From the NCBI GenBank assembly GCA_019721035.1, contig JAHEAA010000001.1:39991-103990 (forward strand): 64,000 bases of DNA, written 5' to 3'. The DNA comes from Candidatus Sysuiplasma acidicola (GTDB lineage Archaea; Thermoplasmatota; Thermoplasmata; Sysuiplasmatales; Sysuiplasmataceae). Each line of letters begins with the position of its first letter. Within the stretch, counting starts at the first letter, position 1. Positions 47,454 to 55,359 of this stretch are shown here, piece by piece. The notes under the pieces are model-generated. The model was not told where the DNA came from. It was given only the letters and a program-made list of their open reading frames with translations, and did not search any database. Made by a program: the position numbers and the translations under genes.

Positions 47454-50213
47454 TCAGCCTATGCTGTACTCTATTCCTGAAAGAAGCACCGAGACCGGAA
47501 AGTCGACCAGAACATCCTTGACCATGAGTCTGCGGGCTGAATTCTTCCTGCCTGTGCCTGGCTTCCTGCCTGTAAACACGTCACTTAACACGGCAGGGAA
47601 GCCTGCGGGCAGGAGTATGCTTGTGTCGTTCCAGCTTCCCTGCCAGAGACTCTTTCGCCCTTCTCCGGTCAGCCTGGTTGTGTAACGGGGAACTGATACG
47701 ACAGCGCATTTCTCTCCAAGCTTCCTGGCAAACGACACGACGTTATTTTTTCCCGCTCCTGCCGTCTTCAGCGGAACGTAATCACCGTCCAGGAACAGGT
47801 CGCTCTCCTGCCTCCTCAATCTCAGAAGCAACCGTGTGAGATATGTCTTCACAGCACCGTCCCGGAATCTGCCTGCTAGTTCGGCTGCTGTATGACTGTT
47901 CCCTCTCCCGCTTAAACTCTGCAGGCGCTCCTTCAGTGAATTAAAGTCCGCAGGTCTCCTGTTGTCCGGATCCACAAAGCTGAAATTCCAGCCCTCTGAA
48001 CCCTGGTATGTATCAGGCACCCCGGGACACATTATTTTGAGTGTTACCATAGACATTGAATTCAGGAAGCCATGAAACGCCACTTTGCGCTGCAAGCGAT
48101 CAAACGATTTCATGAAACTGTCATTTCCGGTCGAAAGTATCTTTTCAATGAACTGCAGGCAGCATGATTCATAGGCTGTATCAGGTTTTTCCCATGAAGT
48201 ACAAGTGCCGCCTTCTCTCATGTATTTCACCATGTGTGCCTTCAGCCTCCTCCTCCATTCCCTTCTGCTCCCTTCCGGAGGCCTTGAGCCAAGTAGGATC
48301 TGATAAATGTAATATTCATCGCCGGGTGTCGGGCACAATCCTGATTTCCATTTTTTTCTGTATCTGTTATTGGCAGCTCTCCACCTCAGTATGTTCCTAT
48401 CCCACTCCTCCGGTATTTCAGACAGTACACTGATTCTGCATCTGAGGTCCTCGCCCATTTTTGTGTCATGTGTTGACGTACTGTTCATCGAATACGGATG
48501 GCGCCCGAAGCGTTCAACGATTTTCTTATGGAACTCCATGGACGTCAGACCGAACTCCCTGGGATCTGAACCAACTTCGTTCAGCGATACAAGTGCATTG
48601 TAATTGAAGAAGAATGTGTCCTCAACAGATTTTGCCATGGCCGCAGGCATAAGTTGCTGCAACCTCATTAGCGGGATTCGGAGAGATATGTCTGTTGCAG
48701 CATCATTCATCAGTGAGAGCAGCGCGCTCAGTTCAGTCTGCAGTTCCGGCTTGGTGACCGAAGCACTCTTCACCGCTTCACTGAATCTTTCGACATCGTC
48801 CTTATCGTAAGAGCCCTTGCTGAAATAGGTTCTGTAAACAGTCATATGTGCCAGGAACTCAATTACGGCTTCCTGCAACCCCTTCAGCGTGACATCTCTC
48901 CCGTACTTCCTGTCTTTCATGGAACCAAGAAGAATGAGTGAAACATTTGCGACATCCCCATCCAGCAGAGTTCGCACAACCTTTCTCTTCGTCTCGATCA
49001 CATTTTCATCAATGCTTCCGGAATATCCAGTAAATTTCCTGTATGTGTCTGTAATTGGTCCTCTGCTTTCAGGCATGACAAACAGTGAGTTTGTCCAGCT
49101 CATGAAATCATATCCAGTCGAACCATCCACAGGCCATTTCATGCTCAGGCGTTCGTTACCGCACGTGATCTTCTCTACGGCAACAAAGCAATTACCTATC
49201 AGTTCTCTCAATCTGCGAAGATATTCCACTGGATCAGAGAGGCCGTCAATGTGGTCAACCCTGACACCGTCGACCAGCCCTTTTCTGACAAGCTCACCTG
49301 CGAAGCTGTGCAATTCAGCGAACACCGGAGGATCCTCCACCCGCACAGCAATGAGGTCATTGACAGCGAAGAACCGTCTGTAGTTTATTTCACGTGACGC
49401 GCTGCCCTGCCATCGAAGCAGGAAATGCTGCTCCGACAATATCGCATCTATCTTCTCCAAATTTCTGTTGATTTCGGCAATAACCTGCCTGGCACTTCGC
49501 TCGAATCTCCTGTTCGAAATCAGTTTCCTGAATATTTCGACAGCGCTGGCAGAGTCGTCATTTACGGACGCGGCGAATTCAGAGAGCGCATCGGCATCTC
49601 CGGAAAGCCCGGACGCAATTATGTCGTCGATCAAATTCTTGTGAGTCCTTGAAGAAAGAGGAAGCCTGAAGCCGCGGTAGTCAACCATGACTCCATCATC
49701 CACAACAAGCTTCAGTTCGTGTTTTGCAAGCGCTTCATAATAGCCAGTTCCGAGGAAAGGTGCAACAACCTTTCCCTTCAGTCCCGGAGAATAATGATCC
49801 CAGTCGATGTCAAAGCAGACGCTGTGGGCGGAGGCCCGGCCATTCTCGAGAACATCTCTCAGAAGTCTGTTGCTGCGGTCAAACGCCATGTGATTAGGCA
49901 CAATCCCCTGCAGCCAGCTCATGCCTGCCAGATGCACCGCTTCTGACAGTGCCGTGAACTCTTCCAGCGTGCCAAACTCATGTCTGATTTTCGAAGCATC
50001 TGTAACGTCGTAGCCATGTCCGCTTCCCTGTCTCGCTTCGAAGATCGGTGAGGAGTAGATTGTTGTTGCTCCAAGTTCTTTCAGGCTATCTATAACCGCC
50101 ATTGCATCCCTGAACGTAAATTGAGGAGTGAACTGCAGCCTGTATGTGGAAACAATTTTACGCCACCCCTTACAGTCCGTACGGGCTGTTACATTTTCCT
50201 GTTTTTTTGTCAT
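47454..50213 (-). CDS. treY: Malto-oligosyltrehalose synthase
   Basis: STYRLQF, HGYDV, VPNHM, INYRRFF, RVDHIDGL, VEKI, GYDF, TSTHDTK, PGVPDTYQG, VDPDNRRP; ATG 50213 after GGAGG. Confidence 0.94.
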   Translation of the reverse strand: MTKKQENVTARTDCKGWRKIVSTYRLQFTPQFTFRDAMAVIDSLKELGATTIYSSPIFEARQGSGHGYDVTDASKIRHEFGTLEEFTALSEAVHLAGMSWLQGIVPNHMAFDRSNRLLRDVLENGRASAHSVCFDIDWDHYSPGLKGKVVAPFLGTGYYEALAKHELKLVVDDGVMVDYRGFRLPLSSRTHKNLIDDIIASGLSGDADALSEFAASVNDDSASAVEIFRKLISNRRFERSARQVIAEINRNLEKIDAILSEQHFLLRWQGSASREINYRRFFAVNDLIAVRVEDPPVFAELHSFAGELVRKGLVDGVRVDHIDGLSDPVEYLRRLRELIGNCFVAVEKITCGNERLSMKWPVDGSTGYDFMSWTNSLFVMPESRGPITDTYRKFTGYSGSIDENVIETKRKVVRTLLDGDVANVSLILLGSMKDRKYGRDVTLKGLQEAVIEFLAHMTVYRTYFSKGSYDKDDVERFSEAVKSASVTKPELQTELSALLSLMNDAATDISLRIPLMRLQQLMPAAMAKSVEDTFFFNYNALVSLNEVGSDPREFGLTSMEFHKKIVERFGRHPYSMNSTSTHDTKMGEDLRCRISVLSEIPEEWDRNILRWRAANNRYRKKWKSGLCPTPGDEYYIYQILLGSRPPEGSRREWRRRLKAHMVKYMREGGTCTSWEKPDTAYESCCLQFIEKILSTGNDSFMKSFDRLQRKVAFHGFLNSMSMVTLKIMCPGVPDTYQGSEGWNFSFVDPDNRRPADFNSLKERLQSLSGRGNSHTAAELAGRFRDGAVKTYLTRLLLRLRRQESDLFLDGDYVPLKTAGAGKNNVVSFARKLGEKCAVVSVPRYTTRLTGEGRKSLWQGSWNDTSILLPAGFPAVLSDVFTGRKPGTGRKNSARRLMVKDVLVDFPVSVLLSGIEYSIG

Positions 50214-50368
50214 GCCGCCTCCCCTTACGCAGTTCTTCGTAATTAGTCTTGACAGAATCGTGCGACCTGCTTCGGCTCTAATCGGCTGCAAGATTTAGCC
50301 GGGGCGTAAAACCCCTGACAGTGAATGTGCTGAACGGAATGCTGCAGAGTATCTATTCGGTTTATTCT

Positions 50369-52579
50369 CTATCTGAAGATTTTCACTGATATCTTCGACT
50401 CTGAAAGAAGTCCTTTTCCGGAGGCTCCGAGCTTCCCTCTCTTATAACTTAATAGGATGGAACCGTATCTGCCGAAGTTCAGCTCGTGCAACCTGCTGAT
50501 GCCGTAGATGCTCACGGTCATCTTGCTAAACAATTTCTCATCCGCACTCTCTGATTTGCTGTCTGACCGTACAGTGATGCAGTTGCCTCTCACGAATACG
50601 GGGATCACTTCCAGAGGGGCGGTGTATTCTATCAGAGACGGGCCCTGCAACTTTCTGCCTGTCCAGAAATCCCACCACTTCCCTTCGGGAAGGTAGACGG
50701 TTCTCTCAACTCCGCGCGCAAGCGGCGCTACGAGAAGAGTTTCGCCGAGCATGTATTCATCCTGTATGTTCCTGGCGAACACATCATCCGGGAACTCGAA
50801 TACCAGGGCTCTGATGAGCGGTTTTCCCTCGGCCAAAGACTTGACTGACTGCCAGTAGAGGTACGGTATGAGTGAATACCTCAGTATGTCATACCCGGTG
50901 AAAATGGCCTCAGCTCTTCTGCCAAAATTCCATGGCTCCCTTGGCGTCGTTCCGTGCGCCCTTGAATGCGAAAACAGCAACCCCATCTGCGACCATCTGG
51001 CATAAAGTTCCGGACTCGGTTTTCCTGCGAAGCCGCCTATGTCGAAACTCATGAATGCGCCGCCCGAAAGAGAGTAGGAAAGTGCGCCCCTGAGAGCGGC
51101 AAGCATATCTCTCTCCGTGCAACTGGGATCACCGCCCCACTGAACCGGAAATCTGTGTATGCCCGTTCCGCCCGATCTGCCCCAGACGATTCCTTCACCT
51201 TTTTTCTCCCTGACTGTGTTGAATACTGTTTCATTATACAGTGTGGGAAGGGCGTTATGCGCCTCTCGGGAGTCAAGACCAAAATATCTGCCTGTCGACG
51301 GCGCCCCTTCTCCGTAATCGGTTTTCAGCACGTCCACTCCCTGATCGCACAATTTCCGCACCTGATCTGCATACCACTCCCTGGCAGCAGGATTTGTAAA
51401 GTCCACTGTTCCGAAATCATGCGTTATGCTGTCAAACTCTGCAATGGGCACGCCGTTGCCGTCCGTGACAAACAGTCCGTTTTCAAGAAGGTGCTCAAAC
51501 GCGTTTGAGCCCCTGGGGACGTACGGATTGATCCAGAGCGAAAGTCGAAATGACATTTCGTGGAGTTTCCTTATCATCCCCTCCGGGTCCGGAAAGAGCT
51601 GTTTGTTCCATTCGAACGTGCATCCTTCACCCGGATAGCCCATGCTGTTCATCTCCTCCGGATAGTCTGCGTTGAGCCGTTCCAGCAACTCCCCCGGAAC
51701 GCCGTAGTTGGTGCAGTATGACCGGGGGTCGATCCCCTTCTCCTTCAGCATCTCGATCAACGAATGCGGGACTGGCCTTCTGAGCCATTGGGGGTCCAGG
51801 TGCAGAACGTCGCAAGGCAGCCTCTTCTTCCTGATCTTCCTCGCAACATCCAGCAACTCCCTTTCGCTCATGTAGGAACAGCGGCTCATCCACAGACCGT
51901 ATGACCAGAGTGGCGGAACCTGCGGCTTTCCGGTTAGTTGCCAATATGCATCTACTATCTCCCACGGCTTTCCGGCGAAAAGGTAAATGTCTGCACTATC
52001 TTCTTCAATCACGATCTCTCCTGCGCCTTTGAAGTTTCGGCCGAAATCAAATCTGACAGCCGAAGTGGTGTCTACAAACAATCCGTAACCTCTCGTGCTC
52101 CAGAAAAATGGATATGTGACATATGTCTCGTCATTCGGCAGTGAGAGGGAGTCCTTCACGTTCACCGTCAGCTCCTGCCCGTTTCTGTTGATGTCGCCGA
52201 AGAATTCTCCAAGGCCGTATATTCCCTCATCTTCGTGTATTTCAAATGGAATGCTCAGACGTTTGTCTGAAAGGGAAAGCTTTGTGGGATGCCCTCTTTT
52301 ACCCGACGGCGGATTGGGCAGCATGTGCAGCAGTTTTGTGCCCTTGAATGAAATATTGAGCTCCGGAGGCTCAGTTGAAGCATCGACCGCGAAGTTTCCG
52401 GTCAGGAAGTGCACTTTTCGACCCCCCGGCGCAGTGGCTGAACCATAATGACCGAACGACATGCACATTGTGCTCTCCCCGGCCAGTCCAAGTTTTACTG
52501 AAACCGCAGCCTTCTGTTCTGTCCGGAAATGGCATGTTCCCGACGCCCTACCTGCCCCATTTTTCCTTTTCTGAATCAA
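50369..52579 (-). CDS. GH31 alpha-glycosidase (alpha-xylosidase YicI-like)
   Basis: IYGLGE, PLWSYGLWMSR, LSLWINPY, KTDYGE (nucleophile), QWGGD, SFDIGGF (acid/base), SHSRAHG. Confidence 0.9.
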   Translation of the reverse strand: MIQKRKNGAGRASGTCHFRTEQKAAVSVKLGLAGESTMCMSFGHYGSATAPGGRKVHFLTGNFAVDASTEPPELNISFKGTKLLHMLPNPPSGKRGHPTKLSLSDKRLSIPFEIHEDEGIYGLGEFFGDINRNGQELTVNVKDSLSLPNDETYVTYPFFWSTRGYGLFVDTTSAVRFDFGRNFKGAGEIVIEEDSADIYLFAGKPWEIVDAYWQLTGKPQVPPLWSYGLWMSRCSYMSERELLDVARKIRKKRLPCDVLHLDPQWLRRPVPHSLIEMLKEKGIDPRSYCTNYGVPGELLERLNADYPEEMNSMGYPGEGCTFEWNKQLFPDPEGMIRKLHEMSFRLSLWINPYVPRGSNAFEHLLENGLFVTDGNGVPIAEFDSITHDFGTVDFTNPAAREWYADQVRKLCDQGVDVLKTDYGEGAPSTGRYFGLDSREAHNALPTLYNETVFNTVREKKGEGIVWGRSGGTGIHRFPVQWGGDPSCTERDMLAALRGALSYSLSGGAFMSFDIGGFAGKPSPELYARWSQMGLLFSHSRAHGTTPREPWNFGRRAEAIFTGYDILRYSLIPYLYWQSVKSLAEGKPLIRALVFEFPDDVFARNIQDEYMLGETLLVAPLARGVERTVYLPEGKWWDFWTGRKLQGPSLIEYTAPLEVIPVFVRGNCITVRSDSKSESADEKLFSKMTVSIYGISRLHELNFGRYGSILLSYKRGKLGASGKGLLSESKISVKIFR

Positions 52580-52776
52580 TTATTATCCTCGTCCAATCGC
52601 GCTTACGTCCCGTCGGCATATTCTACCTGCATAATAATGTCACCGAAGGTACGACCACCGCTGGGGGTGGGGGTTGGGAACTTCGTATGGCACACAATCC
52701 TGGGAATACATTCGCTCATCGTGTCACTTAACGTTTAAATAGTTCAGGCTCAATCAAACGGGACAGGTGCAGTAAA

Positions 52777-53133
52777 ATGGTCAGTCTCGTATTGACTGAA
52801 AAGGCCAGTGACAAAGTCAGGTCGTTGATCGCAGAGCAGGAGAAAAAGGACCTTCTCCTCAGAGTTTATCTTACGGCAGCAGACCACGGATTCAGGTATG
52901 GCATGGCCTTTGACGAAAATGCTGATCCTTCACAGGACATTCAGCTGGAACAGAACGGAGTAAAGATTGTCGTCGACAAGGAGAGCGCAGACCATCTCGA
53001 AGGCACGGAAATCGACTATGTCGAGTCGATAGAAGGCGGAGGGTTTACCATAAACAACCCCAACCTCAAAGTGAATAACGGCGCCGGCTGCAGCTGTGGC
53101 GGCGGCGGATGCGGATGCGGTTGCGGCTCGTGA
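52777..53133 (+). CDS. HesB/IscA/SufA-family A-type Fe-S carrier, atypical
   Basis: LTEKA..KV, FRYGMAFD, IVVD..S...LEGTEIDYV, GFTINNPN, CSCG; Cys/Gly tail. Confidence 0.88.
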   Translation: MVSLVLTEKASDKVRSLIAEQEKKDLLLRVYLTAADHGFRYGMAFDENADPSQDIQLEQNGVKIVVDKESADHLEGTEIDYVESIEGGGFTINNPNLKVNNGAGCSCGGGGCGCGCGS

Positions 53134-53283
53134 GCCTTGCTTCGACGCGTAACCCATATAAATCACTTCATTCTATTTTCATCGGTTCCAACGGTCCGAC
53201 TGCGATGCCATTGATTTCCAGCAGACTTATATCGTGACTGTGCACTATACTCAAGCATCATCCTCCGGGGAAGGCTTCCATCT

Positions 53284-53394
53284 ATGATATGCAGATATTG
53301 CGGAAGGAAGATGAATGAACATGCAGACCTTCGCAGCAAGGTGATAAAGGCGCTGTATCACTGTGCATGCGGTTCTGCATGCTACCAGTGCTGA
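53284..53394 (+). CDS. Putative 36-aa zinc-finger microprotein
   Basis: Manual translation: MICRYCGRKMNEHADLRSKVIKALYHCACGSACYQC; 6 Cys; purine-rich GGGGAAGG upstream. Confidence 0.7.
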   Translation: MICRYCGRKMNEHADLRSKVIKALYHCACGSACYQC

Positions 53395-53479
53395 CATTTG
53401 GCGTTCAGGTTCGGGAGCGTGCTATGTGTGCCATGCTTACAGAATAGTTGAAGAACAATCAGGTTTTTCATGTTTTTAC

Positions 53480-53818
53480 ATGACTGAGGAGATAGAATCA
53501 GAGAGATTCGCGTCGGTCGACATCCGAACCGGAAGAGTGCTGGAAGCGACGAACTTTCCCGAAGCGCGTAAACCATCATACAGGCTGCTGATTGATTTCG
53601 GCTCCCTCGGCGTGAAGAAGAGCAGCGCTCAGATTACTTCACTCTACAGGCCGGAAGATCTCGTGGGAAGGAATGTGATTGCAGTCGTCAATCTGAAACC
53701 AAGGCAGATAGCTAATTTCATCTCGGAAGTGCTGGTCCTCGGTGTGCCAGTTGGAGACGGAAAAGTTGTGCTGCTGCATCCGGATCGGGATGTTGAGCCG
53801 GGTCTCCGGATCTCCTGA
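53480..53818 (+). CDS. csaA: CsaA tRNA-binding / export chaperone
   Basis: DIRTGRV...FPEARKPSY.L.IDFG..GVKKSSAQIT, VVNLKPRQIANFISEVLVLG. Confidence 0.92.
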   Translation: MTEEIESERFASVDIRTGRVLEATNFPEARKPSYRLLIDFGSLGVKKSSAQITSLYRPEDLVGRNVIAVVNLKPRQIANFISEVLVLGVPVGDGKVVLLHPDRDVEPGLRIS

Positions 53819-53878
53819 GTGCAGTGCCCTTGTTCAGGACAGGAACGATATTTCCATATGTTGCAGAATTGTAGTAAT

Positions 53879-54016
53879 TTAAGATTCGTGGTTTGCTTTC
53901 TCCGCCAGTTCCTTCTTCGCGGCGAATCCATCAATTGCTGCCCGGCCTCTGAGATTTCTTGCTTCCTTTTTCAGCTGCATGCGCAATGCTCGAAGTGCAT
54001 CGAAAGCATGGCTCAT
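53879..54016 (-). CDS. Putative 45-aa helical, charged microprotein
   Basis: Manual translation: MSHAFDALRALRMQLKKEARNLRGRAAIDGFAAKKELAEKANHES; GTTGAT SD-like motif; 42 nt after the PhoU regulator stop. Confidence 0.5.
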   Translation of the reverse strand: MSHAFDALRALRMQLKKEARNLRGRAAIDGFAAKKELAEKANHES

Positions 54017-54058
54017 GTGAATCAACTTTGATACGAGCAGATCGTATTGGGTGGATGT

Positions 54059-55054
54059 TTATGCAAACGAGCTGAGAACTGCTTCGTCAGCAATTGCCAT
54101 TGCATATGAAGCAATGGCCCTGATGTCTCTTGTGATCAGTGAAATTGACAGAAGGTTTTTTTCATCCATTCCCTTCATGAGCTTCAGGTAAGTCGTCTCG
54201 TGCAGTTTCCTCACTTTGCCCATTTTGTCGGTTATTGCTGATGCAAGGTTGACGTTTTTGTTCATAAGTGCTCTCGTCGTCATATCCAGCATTTCTGCCG
54301 CTGCAGCAGCCATTTCATTGATGGCCGCAGCCAGTGAAGCTTCCGGGCTCTTTCCGATCTCTCCGACATGCTGCGCTATGCGCATCGCGTAGTATGCCAC
54401 TCTCCCCAGTTCCCTGATGGCCATTGTCTGCACCATGACGCTGGACACATTCGGAAAATTCATCTGATTCCTCAGTTTCTTGTCGTTGGCTGCCTGGAAT
54501 GCAAGTCTCATCATCAGTCGGTAAACTCTCGTGCTCTCCACCCCCCTGTCGTAAGCATCCGTTGCAAGCGCTTTGTCATTCTCAATAAGAGCCTTGACAG
54601 CATCAAGTAATATGGCCGTCGAAGTTGCAGAAAATCGCTCAAGCAGTTTGTTAAGATCAAATTTGGCCGGATCAACCAGGTTCTGCAGTATCATCTGATT
54701 TGCAAATTCCTCTGAAATCTCTACGCCTATCAGTTTTTCAATGATATCTTTTATCCACTTTTTATGCTCCGGGAGCATCTTACGTTGCGCCACAACCTCT
54801 GTAATATCGTGCCCAAGAATGTAAGAAGCCGTGATGGACAACTCGAGAAGTTTCTGTTCCCTGAATTCGTCTATCTGAAGTGAATGGGGCGTGACTTCCA
54901 TTCTCGAATGTGTGGGGCTGACAATGATCTCGTCTTCCTCAAGCTCGATAGAGACGTGGTCGCCCTTCCTCATCTTCATTCTCTCTATCCAGTCTTTTGG
55001 AATCGTTATTACAAAAGTGCCTCCGGCGGTTGTCTGCAGCTTCCGAACTTCCAT
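54059..55054 (-). CDS. Archaeal AbrB/SpoVT-PhoU family regulator (COG0704-like)
   Basis: RKLQTTAGGTFVITIPKDW (AbrB), SYILGHD, LIGVEI, two PhoU-like helical domains. Confidence 0.88.
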   Translation of the reverse strand: MEVRKLQTTAGGTFVITIPKDWIERMKMRKGDHVSIELEEDEIIVSPTHSRMEVTPHSLQIDEFREQKLLELSITASYILGHDITEVVAQRKMLPEHKKWIKDIIEKLIGVEISEEFANQMILQNLVDPAKFDLNKLLERFSATSTAILLDAVKALIENDKALATDAYDRGVESTRVYRLMMRLAFQAANDKKLRNQMNFPNVSSVMVQTMAIRELGRVAYYAMRIAQHVGEIGKSPEASLAAAINEMAAAAAEMLDMTTRALMNKNVNLASAITDKMGKVRKLHETTYLKLMKGMDEKNLLSISLITRDIRAIASYAMAIADEAVLSSFA

Positions 55055-55198
55055 GATTATGACAGCTCCTCCTCATCAGTTGAGTGCAAACTTTGCATTG
55101 CATATGTAATATATGTATTTATCTTAGCTTCTATACAAGTCATTATTAATTTCCATAATTTACTTAGAGTTAAATAGAGGTATACGGTATCCACCACT

Positions 55199-55270
55199 GG
55201 TGCAAGCTTGGCAAAACTGAACAGTGCCCGCCTCACTGTCGGTTGTTCATGGAACGGCCGAGCCTGCACC
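55199..55270 (+). promoter_or_regulatory. Structured 5' leader / candidate cis-regulatory RNA upstream of the ICL-like gene
   Basis: GGTGCAAGCTTGGC (55199-55212) pairs 13/14 with GCCGAGCCTGCACC (55257-55270), enclosing a second stem; begins about 25 nt after TTAAATA. Confidence 0.45.
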
Positions 55271-55359
55271 GAAAACTCGAACGACCTGCCTGCTGGATGG
55301 ATCATGGTGCGGTTTCTGCACACAGGCAGCATCGATCCTGCTTTCTGGGAGAGAATGAT

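Noticed and set aside
52662-52705. G-rich tract GGGGGTGGGGGTTGGG (possible G-quadruplex)
   Set aside because: Only three close G3 runs; the fourth is over 20 nt away; no other support.
52725-52745. GTTTAAATAG upstream of hesB matching the right arm of the suf palindrome
   Set aside because: Left arm absent; explained as an ordinary TATA box.
55243-55359. N-terminal extension of the ICL-like ORF
   Set aside because: No ICL similarity; ATG 55360 has an SD and matches the normal ICL start.
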